Made by a program: the position numbers and the translations under genes | Sequence record: NC_054912.1 | DNA length: 64,000 nucleotides | DNA from: Escherichia phage vB_EcoM_F1 | Reading direction: 5' to 3' (one strand) | Shown here: positions 63,574 through 64,000 of the stretch, in pieces | Numbering within the stretch: position 1 is the stretch's first letter | How the letters are laid out: each line of letters begins with the position of its first letter | Notes under the pieces: model-generated | Databases searched by the model: none | What the model saw: only the letters and a program-made list of their open reading frames with translations | Told to the model about the DNA's origin: nothing

Positions 63574-64000
63574 ATGTTTGGTTATTTTTATAATTCGTCT
63601 TTTAGACGATATGCTACCTTGATGGGCGATTTGTTTTCAAATATCCAAATCAAACGTCAGTTAGAATCTGGTGATAAGTTTATACGTGTTCCTATTACGT
63701 ATGCATCAAAGGAACACTTTATGATGAAATTGAATAAATGGACATCAATAAATTCACAAGAAGATGTAGCTAAAGTTGAAACCATTCTACCTCGTATAAA
63801 TTTACATTTAGTTGATTTTAGCTATAATGCTCCATTTAAAACAAACATTTTAAATCAGAATTTACTACAAAAAGGTGCAACTTCTGTAGTATCGCAGTAT
63901 AATCCATCTCCTATTAAAATGATTTATGAATTGAGTATCTTTACTCGCTACGAAGATGATATGTTTCAAATAGTTGAACAGATTCTTCCATATTTTCAGC
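63574..64000 (+). CDS. 15: tail sheath stabiliser/terminator gp15, N-terminal part (truncated by window edge)
   Basis: MFGYFYNSSFRRYATLMGDLFSNIQIKRQ... read directly from the sequence. Confidence 0.85.
   Translation, partial: MFGYFYNSSFRRYATLMGDLFSNIQIKRQLESGDKFIRVPITYASKEHFMMKLNKWTSINSQEDVAKVETILPRINLHLVDFSYNAPFKTNILNQNLLQKGATSVVSQYNPSPIKMIYELSIFTRYEDDMFQIVEQILPYFQ

Overview
The window reads as a T4-like (T-even, Tequatrovirus-type) myovirus genome segment running from gene 45 (sliding clamp, truncated at the left edge) to the start of gene 15. Positions 1-45328 are a dense minus-strand block, mostly early/middle genes: 45, rpbA, 46, 47, a-gt, 55, nrdH-like, nrdG, intron-split nrdD, 49, pin, nrdC, a long array of small accessory ORFs, rI, tk, vs, regB, lysozyme e, nudE, eight tRNAs, segB, ipI, 57B, 57A, 1, 3, 2, 4. 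Positions 45376-64000 are plus-strand late baseplate, tail-fibre and neck genes: 53, 5, 5.1, 5.4, 6-12, wac, 13, 14 and the start of 15. Gene names are assigned by my recognition of T4 protein sequences and gene order, not by any search; I could not run BLAST, HMM or tRNA software. The observations I rate highest are: (1) an HNH endonuclease cassette between genes 13 and 14, split across two reading frames; (2) the nrdD-intron GIY-YIG endonuclease, frameshifted at a homopolymer; (3) an internal-protein gene bracketed by 35-bp direct repeats and carrying its own late promoter; (4) an accessory block containing four tandem paralogues, an AAA+ ATPase, a DUF4031-like protein and a nucleotidyltransferase-fold protein; (5) a macro-domain protein. 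I also flag the known or suspected anti-defence loci 57B (Acb1), the vs.4-position gene (Acb2 candidate), ipI and pin. I cannot say from sequence alone whether any of these is undescribed; the accessory genes are the most likely place for uncharacterised function.
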